Made by a program: the position numbers and the translations under genes. This document shows, one piece after another, positions 57,301 to 64,000 of a stretch of DNA of 64,000 bases; position 1 is the first letter of the stretch, and the number at the start of each line of letters is the position of its first letter. The notes beneath the pieces are model-generated. The model was not told where the DNA came from. It saw only the letters and a program-made list of their open reading frames with translations, and did no database searches. The stretch is taken from the NCBI GenBank assembly GCA_016717285.1, contig JADKFU010000002.1:72385-136384 (forward strand), given 5' to 3'. This DNA comes from Chitinophagaceae bacterium. GTDB lineage: Bacteria > Bacteroidota > Bacteroidia > Chitinophagales > UBA10324.

Positions 57301-60300
57301 GCCAGTAGAAGTAACGGAGTCAATCGTTACATTATCTACCGGACCGTTTGCATAAAATCCACTGCCACCCACATTGTTTTTAATGGTGACGTGTTCAACC
57401 AGGAGGTTGCTGTTACCACCAATCCCATAAATGCCTGCATCTGTGTTTCCATTGGCACCTGCAAAATTCTGAACAGTTAATTTTCTGATCGTTACATCTG
57501 TAACTCCGTTGTTGATCAAAATACCTCTGCCGGTTCCAACCAGGCCTGTGCCGGTAAGCACACAATTACTTTCATTCACACCTTGAAGTGTGAGTGATTT
57601 ATTAATGACTACTCTTTCATTGTAGGTAAATTCACTTGCTTCGATCACATCTCCTGCAGTAGCTGCATTCACAGCGGCCTGGATAGTTTGATAAAAGGTG
57701 TTTTGGGTCAGGTTATGAACCGGCACGAAATAAATCAGTTCACCTGTACATGCCGCATCCGGCTTGTGGAACAATGCACCTTCCAGTGCAGTGCGTTGTG
57801 TAAAGTTCATGGCAGAAGGAAACTGCAATCCTGAACCTACATCAAACTTATTGTTTTGGATATCATACCCCTGGCTCCAGCAAGCCATCGTAGTGGGCCA
57901 GCCACCTGTATCGGGATAATCGGTTGGATTGGTGGCCGCATTGCTGCTTCCGGTTTGATTATCAAGGCGGATAAACTGAGCGATCATTGGATTAAATTCA
58001 TTGGCATTGGCCATGCTTCCACCAATGGTAAAGGTGCCAAAAGAAGCGGCATCGCTGTCGTGGTTATAAAATCCTATAGCTGTTCCGCCACTCGTTCCTG
58101 ATCCATTGAAAGTGTTTCTCGTAAAGGAACCATCAACTGTAGTTTGTACAATGGTGTTGGAATTGGAGCTGATTGATTTTGTATTCTCAGCAATGTGAAT
58201 GTAGCTGGTAGATCCTGCAAGAGGGGTAAAGGAATTGCTGTCAATACTCACTGACCGGTAATTTTCTAAACTAACCGCCCATTGGTGATTAATAAATGTA
58301 TTACCATGAACCGTGGTGGTTTTCGCCTGTTGATTATTTTTTAATCTTAAAACTGCAGTACCGGGAGCTGAGGTATTGGCGAAGGTTGCATCGAATATGT
58401 TTGCGGTAACGTTAATATTACCTGCACCTGCATTGTGTTCGACCAGTTCGATTCCACCGCCGTTGAAATTGTTATTGGTAACATTTATATTTCCATTGCT
58501 GCCAAATCGTACCAGTATGTCGTGATTGATGGTTTGCAAGGTGTTGCCTGAAAATGTTCCACCACCTTCATCCACTGAAATGGCAGATCTGAAAAAGCTG
58601 CCGGGAAGTGAACCGTTCACCGTATTGCCTTCAAACGTAATGCTGTTTACGCCTCCAGATGCTACCCTGTAGTTTGTAGTGCCTGTATAATTGATGCTCA
58701 CAGCGTTTCGGTCTCCATATGAACCTGCGGGAGTGCCATAGGCATCAATGACGTTGTTGCTTATAACAATGTTATCAAGTGTAACAGCGCTTGCGATAAC
58801 AGCACTTCTTAGTTTTGAAAGGTCTACATTAAAATGAATGTTATCGATGGTAACACCATCCACTGATACATCAAACAATGTTGGTTTACCCGTTACCGAA
58901 CCTGTAAAATTGACGGTGGGTTGTGACAGGCCAACACCTTTAATAATTACACTTTTATTAACCAGCACCTGTTCGTTGTAGTTGTTGCCCGGATTTACTT
59001 CGAGTGTATCTCCGTTAAGTGTTTGCGCATCGTTGATGGCAGCCTGGATAGAACAGAATAGTTCACCGGTGGTGGTGTTCATCACCAGACCATAAGAACC
59101 ACTTCCGGTAACGGTGTTGTTGTTTATCGTGTTGCCACTGTAGGTATTGGTTCCGTCAATAGTATTGCCGCAAGCCACGGGAGCATTGCCACGTCCGAAA
59201 TAATTGGCCGATGAGCCATCATTCTGATTAGCATCACCAACATTGTTTACCACATAGTTTGCATTAGGATGGGCGCCACCTTGTTCCTGCACACCTACGT
59301 CATTGTTGTTAATAATATTACTAACCACTGAATGATGGGTTCCTTCAATCACAATACCATATCCTTTACTTTCAACGCTGCCGGGATTTAGTTGCTTGTA
59401 CCCATCGACAGTGTTTCCTGTTACCACCACTCCCGTTGGAACGTCCGGATAGCCACTGGGATTTCCTGATTCGAATCCGCGGCGATAAACGGAAATGCCA
59501 GCATGATCGCGGTTATTCATTATAGGTGAAGCGGTGAATGTTACATTGTTGTTTTGAATAACAATGCTTCCTGTACCACTTGTTTCTCCATTGCCATTCG
59601 GGTTCTTCAATTCGATACCAAAACGGCCATTGTTTGCAACCGTGTTGGTGGAAATCAGGTTAGGTCCTGTCCCACCGGTAAAGCCGATGACCCCGAATCC
59701 ATTATCACTATTATCGTGAACATTGTTGTTGGTCATTGTAACCCCTGAAGCAGTTCCATCCTGTAATTCAATACCACAACAGTTGTTTCCAAATACTTCG
59801 CAGTTTGTAATCGAGATATTTTGTTTGAGTCCGTTCCAGATCACAATACCCCTGGCAGCTCCGGCTACAGCCGTGTGACCGGAAACAGTCAAGCTATCAT
59901 ACGTCACTGTATTGACTGGTCCGTTTGCATATAAACCACTTCCACCTAAGTTATCCTTTATAATACAACCTGTTACCGTCAGGTTGTTATTTGATCCAAC
60001 CGCATAAATACCTGCATACGCATTTGGACTTGCACCTGCATAATTCTTTATAGTAAGATGTTTTATAGTAACATTGGTAATGCCGGAATTAATGGTGATA
60101 CCTGAACCTGTGCCTGCTAAGCCTGTGCCATCAAGCACACAATTATTTTTATTCACACCTTGAAGTGTGAGTGATTTATTGATGACCACTCTTTCATTGT
60201 AGGTAAATTCACTTGCTTCAATCACATCTCCTGCAGTAGCTGCATTCACAGCGGCCTGGATCGTTTGATAAAAAGTGTTTTGTGTAAGGTTATGGACGGG

Positions 60301-63300
60301 CACGAAATAGATCAGCTCACCTGTACATGCCGCATCCGGCTTGTGGAACAATGCACCTTCCAGTGCAGTGCGTTGTGTAAAGTTCATGGCAGAAGGAAAC
60401 TGCAATCCTGAACCTACATCAAACTTATTGTTTTGGATATCATACCCCTGGCTCCAGCAAGCCATCGTAGTGGGCCAGCCACCTGTATCGGGATAATCGG
60501 TTGGATTGGTGGCCGCATTGCTGCTTCCGGTTTGATTATCAAGGCGGATAAACTGAGCGATCATTGGATTAAATTCATTGGCATTGGCCATGCTTCCACC
60601 AATGGTAAAGGTGCCAAAAGAAGCGGCATCGCTGTCGTGGTTATAAAATCCTATAGCTGTTCCGCCACTCGTTCCTGATCCATTGAAAGTGTTTCTCGTA
60701 AAGGAACCGTCAACTGTAGTTTGTACAATGGTGTTGGAATTGGAGCTGATCGATTTTGTATTCTCAGCAATGTGAATGTAGCTGGTAGATCCTGCAAGAG
60801 GGGTAAAGGAATTGCTGTCAATACTCACTGACCGGTAATTTTCTAAACTAACCGCCCATTGGTGATTTATAAATGTATTACCATGAACCGTGGTGGTTTT
60901 CGCCTGCTGATTATTTTTTAATCTTAAAACTGCAGTACCGGGAGCTGAGGTATTGGCGAAGGTTGCATCGAATATGTTTGCGGTAACGTTAATATTACCT
61001 GCACCTGCATTGTGTTCGACCAGTTCGATTCCACCGCCGTTGAAATTGTTATTGGTAACATTTATATTTCCATTGCTGCCAAATCGTACCAGTATGTCGT
61101 GATTGATGGTCTGCAAGGTGTTGCCTGAAAAGGTTCCACCACCTTCATCCACTGAAATGGCAGATCTGAAAAAGCTGCCGGGAAGTGAACCGTTCACCGT
61201 ATTGCCTTCAAACGTAATGCTGTTTACGCCTCCAGATGCTACCCTGTAATTTGTAGTGCCTGTATAGTTGATGCTCACAGCGTTTCGGTCTCCATAGGAT
61301 CCTGCGGGAGTGCCATAGGCATCAATGACGTTGTTGCTTATAACAATGTTATCAAGGGTAACGGCGCTTGCGATAACAGCACTTCTTAGTTTTGAAAGGT
61401 CTACATTAAAATGAATGTTATCAATGGTAACCCCATCTGCTGATACATCAAACAATGTTGGTTTACCCGTTACCGTACCTGTAAAATTGACGGTAGGTTG
61501 TGACAGGCCAACACCTTTAATAATTACACTTTTATTAACCAGCACCTGTTCGTTGTAGTTGTTGCCCGGATTTACTTCGAGTGTATCTCCGTTAAGTGTT
61601 TGCGCATCGTTGATGGCAGCCTGGATAGAACAGAATAGTTCACCGGTGGTGGTGTTCATCACCAGACCATAAGAACCACTTCCGGTAACGGTGTTGTTGT
61701 TTACCGTGTTGCCACTGTAGGTATTGGTTCCGTCAATAGTATTGCCGCAAGCCACGGGAGCATTGCCACGTCCGAAATAATTGGCCGATGAGCCATCATT
61801 CTGATTAGCATCACCAACATTGTTTACCACATAGTTTGCATTAGGATGGGCGCCACCTTGTTCCTGCACACCTACGTCATTGTTGTTAATAATATTACTA
61901 ACCACTGAATGATTGGTTCCTTCAATCACAATACCATATCCTTTACTTTCAACGCTGCCGGGATTTAGTTGCTTGTACCCATCGACAGTGTTTCCTGTTA
62001 CCACCACTCCCGTTGGAACGTCCGGATAGCCACTGGGATTTCCTGATTCGAATCCGCGGCGATAAACGGAAATGCCAGCATGATCGCGGTTATTCATTAT
62101 AGGTGAAGCGGTGAATGTTACATTGTTGTTTTGAATAACAATGCTTCCTGTACCACTTGTTTCTCCATTGCCATTCGGGTTCTTCAATTCGATACCAAAA
62201 CGGCCATTGTTCGAAATCGTGTTGGCCGATATCAGGTTAGGTCCTGTACCACCGGTAAAGCCGATGACCCCAAATCCATTGTCACTATTGTCGTGAACAT
62301 TGTTGTTGGTCATTGTAACCCCCGATGCCGTTCCATCCTGTAACTCAATACCACAACAGTTGTTTCCAAATACCTCGCAGTTTGTAATCGAGATATTTTG
62401 TTTGAGTCCGTTCCAGATTACAATACCCCTGGCAGCTCCGGCTACAGCCGTGTGACCGGAAACAGTCAAGCTATCATACGTCACTGTATTGACTGGTCCG
62501 TTTGCATATAAACCACTTCCACCTAAGTTATCCTTTATAATACAGCCCAACACCGTAAGATTATTATTCTGCCCTACTGCATAAATACCCGCGTAAGAGT
62601 TAGGAGCGTTGCCAGCGTAGTTCTTAACAGTAAGGTGCTTAATCGTCACATTGGTAATTCCTGAATTAATAATAATTCCCGAACCGTTACCGATTAAACC
62701 TGTCCCATCAAGCATACAGGTTACTTTATTAGTACCTTGTACCGTAAGTGATTTATTCAATACTACCCGCTCGTTATAGGTACCCGCGCTTGCCTGGATC
62801 ACATCGCCTGCAGTAGCTGCATTTACTGCAGATTGGATAGTTACATAGTATGCGGACGTGTTTAGATTTTGAACAGGTCCGATTACGGTTACATCAAATT
62901 CGCAGGAATCTCTATTCCCAACGGGATCTATAGCAATCCATTTAACATGCGTGATTCCGAAGTTAAATACCTGGCCTGTTAAGGAACTTAAATTGGTTCC
63001 TGAAGAAGCTCCTGATAAGCTGGCTTTTAAAGAAGTAACGGTGCCACAATTATCCGTGGCTATAGCATTGAACTCATTGCCAACGGAGGTATATGTTGGA
63101 GCTCCCGTATCACTATTTCGGGATGCGTTTCCTGGACATAGCGTAAAATCAGGTGCTTCATTATCAGTGATGGTGATATCATACATGCATTCTTCAGTAT
63201 TACCGCTGGCATCTATGGCTGTCCAGGTAATTTGTGTAGTTCCTTTATTAAGAATTTCACCTGAAAGGGTGCCACCTCCGCTTAAGCTTGTGGCACCAGT

Positions 63301-64000
63301 GCCGGTATATGTTAATGACGTAAGAAAGCAATTGTCGCTCACTTCCGGATCGAACTCACTGTTTTGTATCGTATAGGTGCATATATCAGGATCAGTGGAA
63401 CCACTCTTATTGATACAATTCGTAAATGCCGGAAACTCATCATCACTGACAGTGATCATATTGGAACAGGAAAGCATATTGCCGCAATCGTCGGTAATGG
63501 TCCAGGTTACAATGGTTGTACCCACCGGATAGTAATCAGATGCATCGTCCGTGCCATTCCAATCATTGGTAATGCTTACTTCATTGCATGGACCATTTTC
63601 TACAGGCGAACCCACATTTACAAAAACGCTGCAGGTTCCGGGATCAGTAGCAGCACTTGCAGGATCATTTGCACAGGTAATTGCGGACGCCAGCGGATCA
63701 ATTAAAATGTTATCCAATGATATAGAGCCGCTGCCGGAAGCAAGAAGGAATTTAAGATCTGATATTACAGCACCAGGCGTGGTAACCGCTTTGTCATCAA
63801 ATACTTTAGTGGTTCCCACCCAAACATCCATCTTGTCGTCTCCGATAGTCTCGGCGGATCCTGACGGACTGATATAAGTAATAAGGGTGCCTGAATTATT
63901 CATTGTCCAGGTAATACTTTGCGGACTTGAAAAATAGGCTGATACCGCACCGGAGGTAACATCACGTAACCGGAACTGACCACTGGTTGATCCATAGTCA
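51304..64000 (-). CDS. Giant T9SS cargo protein, 5' end outside the window (>4231 aa)
   Basis: The frame stays open from Met 63903 to the window edge (...DYGSTSGQFRLRDVTSGAVSAYFSSPQSITWT-MNNSG...). Order of modules from the N-terminus: HYR-like modules; three ~860-aa parallel-beta-helix modules; a further beta-helix region; a CNWFGT...SGSVTYSPYL motif; a SprB-type Ig repeat; a PKD-like module; ten 88-aa Ig-like repeats; more Ig/SprB-like repeats. The C-terminus is VYPNPSKDQITLEF...ATYFIFLENAENSKVLKVVLQQ* (T9SS CTD). Confidence 0.9.
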   Translation of the reverse strand, partial: DYGSTSGQFRLRDVTSGAVSAYFSSPQSITWTMNNSGTLITYISPSGSAETIGDDKMDVWVGTTKVFDDKAVTTPGAVISDLKFLLASGSGSISLDNILIDPLASAITCANDPASAATDPGTCSVFVNVGSPVENGPCNEVSITNDWNGTDDASDYYPVGTTIVTWTITDDCGNMLSCSNMITVSDDEFPAFTNCINKSGSTDPDICTYTIQNSEFDPEVSDNCFLTSLTYTGTGATSLSGGGTLSGEILNKGTTQITWTAIDASGNTEECMYDITITDNEAPDFTLCPGNASRNSDTGAPTYTSVGNEFNAIATDNCGTVTSLKASLSGASSGTNLSSLTGQVFNFGITHVKWIAIDPVGNRDSCEFDVTVIGPVQNLNTSAYYVTIQSAVNAATAGDVIQASAGTYNERVVLNKSLTVQGTNKVTCMLDGTGLIGNGSGIIINSGITNVTIKHLTVKNYAGNAPNSYAGIYAVGQNNNLTVLGCIIKDNLGGSGLYANGPVNTVTYDSLTVSGHTAVAGAARGIVIWNGLKQNISITNCEVFGNNCCGIELQDGTASGVTMTNNNVHDNSDNGFGVIGFTGGTGPNLISANTISNNGRFGIELKNPNGNGETSGTGSIVIQNNNVTFTASPIMNNRDHAGISVYRRGFESGNPSGYPDVPTGVVVTGNTVDGYKQLNPGSVESKGYGIVIEGTNHSVVSNIINNNDVGVQEQGGAHPNANYVVNNVGDANQNDGSSANYFGRGNAPVACGNTIDGTNTYSGNTVNNNTVTGSGSYGLVMNTTTGELFCSIQAAINDAQTLNGDTLEVNPGNNYNEQVLVNKSVIIKGVGLSQPTVNFTGTVTGKPTLFDVSADGVTIDNIHFNVDLSKLRSAVIASAVTLDNIVISNNVIDAYGTPAGSYGDRNAVSINYTGTTNYRVASGGVNSITFEGNTVNGSLPGSFFRSAISVDEGGGTFSGNTLQTINHDILVRFGSNGNINVTNNNFNGGGIELVEHNAGAGNINVTANIFDATFANTSAPGTAVLRLKNNQQAKTTTVHGNTFINHQWAVSLENYRSVSIDSNSFTPLAGSTSYIHIAENTKSISSNSNTIVQTTVDGSFTRNTFNGSGTSGGTAIGFYNHDSDAASFGTFTIGGSMANANEFNPMIAQFIRLDNQTGSSNAATNPTDYPDTGGWPTTMACWSQGYDIQNNKFDVGSGLQFPSAMNFTQRTALEGALFHKPDAACTGELIYFVPVHNLTQNTFYQTIQAAVNAATAGDVIEASEFTYNERVVINKSLTLQGVNKNNCVLDGTGLAGTGSGITINSGITNVTIKHLTIKNYAGASPNAYAGIYAVGSNNNLTVTGCIIKDNLGGSGLYANGPVNTVTYDSLTVSGHTAVAGAARGIVIWNGLKQNISITNCEVFGNNCCGIELQDGTASGVTMTNNNVHDNSDNGFGVIGFTGGTGPNLISTNTVANNGRFGIELKNPNGNGETSGTGSIVIQNNNVTFTASPIMNNRDHAGISVYRRGFESGNPSGYPDVPTGVVVTGNTVDGYKQLNPGSVESKGYGIVIEGTHHSVVSNIINNNDVGVQEQGGAHPNANYVVNNVGDANQNDGSSANYFGRGNAPVACGNTIDGTNTYSGNTINNNTVTGSGSYGLVMNTTTGELFCSIQAAINDAQTLNGDTLEVNPGNNYNEQVLVNKSVIIKGVGLSQPTVNFTGSVTGKPTLFDVSVDGVTIDNIHFNVDLSKLRSAVIASAVTLDNIVISNNVIDAYGTPAGSYGDRNAVSINYTGTTNYRVASGGVNSITFEGNTVNGSLPGSFFRSAISVDEGGGTFSGNTLQTINHDILVRFGSNGNINVTNNNFNGGGIELVEHNAGAGNINVTANIFDATFANTSAPGTAVLRLKNNQQAKTTTVHGNTFINHQWAVSLENYRSVSIDSNSFTPLAGSTSYIHIAENTKSISSNSNTIVQTTVDGSFTRNTFNGSGTSGGTAIGFYNHDSDAASFGTFTIGGSMANANEFNPMIAQFIRLDNQTGSSNAATNPTDYPDTGGWPTTMACWSQGYDIQNNKFDVGSGLQFPSAMNFTQRTALEGALFHKPDAACTGELIYFVPVHNLTQNTFYQTIQAAVNAATAGDVIEASEFTYNERVVINKSLTLQGVNESNCVLTGTGLVGTGRGILINNGVTDVTIRKLTVQNFAGANGNTDAGIYGIGGNSNLLVEHVTIKNNVGGSGFYANGPVDNVTIDSVTSTGHTIGARGIVIWNGLKTNITIINCHVFGNNCCGIELQDGTASGVTMTNNNIHDNGDNGIGLVGLQGPGENLVNMNTLLNNGRFGIEIKNPNGSGETTGAGRIVVEDNDVSRTTAIVDARDIAGIAAFRRGVLPENVDIPTGVVIQNNTVSGFTQPSTSEGFGIVVEGTNHTVSSNDVSGCDVGIQRQAGHTPYPGDGDQNNVADSYFGRGNSPIACGITLSGNILSNTINTRDVGPLGGDGYVYNSNSGETFCTIQSAIDDAQTLGGHSITATAGTFLENVTVNKSVSLNGEGAGNTILRATSACNGNGITISSPNVAVSDLTVIKFTRGILTSAAGIDLVNLVIDSSCTSAVDLSTGTSGLDILNCTLSNTIIGVRIGSGVGVTDFLMDGCEVHGNTQGFYASMETVGGTPIFDDVTIRNSDFSYNRQKGMYFEKLSNALIENIRMDSSGYDPTYNFNAGIDINLKFSSYSNITIQNNEITDCGAPGPSSHVESPCAVTIKARDDSPSYNTFPATLTNVDVLNNVINGPQNGLRFGEFGKINSTPTAVDVHENDLSGSFANKAIINNTLSTVGATCNWFGTTDAPTVASKISGSVTYSPYLTSGTDGDADPGFQPSGSCTGSCTIAITGIDVSNATCFGGNNGSATVNVSGAVGTVTYSWNTMPVQTSAMATGLSDGETYTVAVTDTNGCVVIDSVVVSHDHELPVPTVSGDNDVCEFSTGVIYTTEAGNFGYSWSVSGADNYTPTDNTVSVDWGAAILGIIAVTYTDEFGCEGTSANYEVDVNPSPTVANAGPDQTGFSTCGLTTVTLAANDPSVGTGQWSVVSGVGGSFVDDSDEGTAFSGTAGSTYVLRWTISNAPCTASTDDVTITFNQNPTAANAGPDQTGASTCGLTSVTLAANAPSVGTGQWSVVSGVGGSFVDDSDEGTAFSGTAGSTYVLRWTISNTPCTASTDDVTITFNQNPTAANAGPDQTGASTCGLTSVTLAANDPSVGTGQWSVVSGVGGSFVDDSDEGTAFSGTAGSTYVLRWTISNAPCTASTDDVTITFNQNPTTANAGPDQTGASTCGLTSVTLAANDPSVGTGQWSVVSGVGGSFVDDSDEGTAFSGTAGSTYVLRWTISNAPCTASTDDVTITFNQNPTAANAGPDQTGASTCGLTSVTLAANNPSVGTGQWSVVSGVGGSFVDDSDEGTAFSGTAGSTYVLRWTISNAPCTASTDDVTITFNQNPTTANAGPDQTGASTCGLTSVTLAANDPSVGTGQWSVVSGVGGSFVDDSDEGTAFSGTAGSTYVLRWTISNAPCTASTDDVTITFNQNPTAANAGPDQTGASTCGLTSVTLAANDPSVGTGQWSVVSGVGGSFVDDSDEGTAFNGTAGSTYVLRWTISNAPCTASTDDVTITFNQNPTAANAGPDQTGASTCGLTSVTLAANDPSVGTGQWSVVSGVGGSFVDDSDEGTAFSGTAGSTYVLRWTISNAPCTASTDDVTITFNQNPTAANAGPDQTGASTCGLTSVTLAANDPSVGTGQWSVVSGVGGSFVDDSDEGTAFSGTAGSTYVLRWTISNAPCTASTDDVTITFNQNPTTANAGPDQTGASTCGLTSVTLAANDPSVGTGQWSVVSGVGGSFVDDSDEGTAFSGTAGSTYVLRWTISNPPCTASTDDVSISFNLVPDAISTPSSQTLNCSGTSITPIVLSGSVGGTTFNWTRNNTSNVTGIVSSGSGNISGILSNTTPTSQMVTFTVTPSTATCTGSSINATVNVLAPIVLTTSQVNVKCRGQSNGSANVSVSGGTSPYSYLWSNGRTVANIINLAAGNYTVTVTDANGCTAQTVVTITQPAASLTVSISGTFAGGSLTANPAGGTPGYSYLWNTSATTQCVGTCNGVPLVHQTYLVTVTDANGCKASASKAVKFEDENVTEEAFTAIVYPNPSKDQITLEFSGSYDSRYLVQIRDINGRLMMEDQGASVMGPNQLHYDLSQFAAATYFIFLENAENSKVLKVVLQQ
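52306..54951 (-). repeat. Ten tandem 264-bp (88-aa) near-identical Ig-like repeats
   Basis: The unit NPT(A/T)ANAGPDQTGASTCGLTSVTLAAN(D/A/N)PSVGTGQWSVVSGVGGSFVDDSDEGTAF(S/N)GTAGSTYVLRWTISN(A/T/P)PCTASTDDVTITFNQ repeats ten times. The first unit is 90 aa and the last ends SISFNL. The 264-bp period is also visible in the antisense ORFs at 52512, 52776, 54096 and 54360. Confidence 0.9.
57545..62870 (-). repeat. Tandem duplication of a 2577-bp (859-aa) beta-helix module; a more diverged third copy lies at ~55.6-57.5 kb
   Basis: The antisense ORFs 57856-58101 and 60433-60678 translate identically, giving an offset of 2577. By eye the two copies are nearly identical over ~57790-59968 versus ~60367-62545, with scattered single-base differences, and diverge toward the flanks. 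The third copy shares GNNCCGIELQDGTASGVTMTNNN.HDN at an offset of ~2568. Confidence 0.85.

Noticed and set aside
41053-62343. Numerous 60-140-aa ORFs antisense to or out of frame within the giant genes (e.g. 41231-41443, 52512-52724, 57856-58101, 60433-60678, 62951-63376)
   Set aside because: They follow the repeat periodicity of the giant ORFs and lie entirely inside long, clearly coding frames with recognisable domains.
52306-62870. Diversity-generating retroelement (template/variable repeat) as an explanation for the near-identical repeats
   Set aside because: No reverse transcriptase gene is in the window. The differences between copies involve all bases and are not adenine-specific, and the repeats are in-frame tandem modules.

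Overview
This is a Bacteroidota-type chromosomal segment. Many proteins end in T9SS C-terminal sorting domains, TonB-C, OmpA and beta-barrel genes are present, and operonic genes lack Shine-Dalgarno spacing. All calls come from reading the ORF translations and the DNA by eye; no searches were run. Layout: (1) 1-7.9 kb holds housekeeping genes: glgP, glgX, an esterase, a VIT-like membrane protein, a VOC protein and a TfoX-N protein. A tandem ~170-bp hairpin-bearing repeat precedes them and is cut by the window edge. (2) 8-15.5 kb holds a propeller/Y_Y_Y sensor kinase, a LuxR-type response regulator and an 1133-aa T9SS beta-helix protein. (3) 16.2-24.2 kb holds a signalling operon: a soluble poly-HAMP hybrid kinase (12 x 276-bp units, GAF, HK, 3 receivers; 2230 aa if intact) followed by a REC-HK protein. 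One extra base in an A7 run splits the large kinase into two ORFs. (4) 24.2-33.9 kb is a mixed, partly decayed patch. It contains HxlR plus two SRPBCC genes, a TonB-C protein, a beta-barrel protein, OmpA, a TAXI-like binding protein, IS4/IS5-like and Y1-transposase remnants, two solo IS ends, and truncated SDR and T9SS-cargo fragments. (5) 33.9-64 kb is an island of secreted repeat proteins of 509, 1276, 3363, 291 and >4231 aa. It includes two paralogous giant adhesin-like genes with large near-identical internal DNA repeats (10 x 264 bp; 2 x 2577 bp plus a diverged third copy). I found no CRISPR array, tRNA or rRNA, prophage, or recognisable defence or toxin system, and I cannot point to a clearly novel multi-gene system. 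The items most worth a second look are the 5' tandem hairpin repeat, the frameshifted poly-HAMP kinase, and the giant-gene pair whose C-terminal sorting signals differ (dockerin-like versus T9SS CTD) with a small CTD-less Ig-repeat gene between them.
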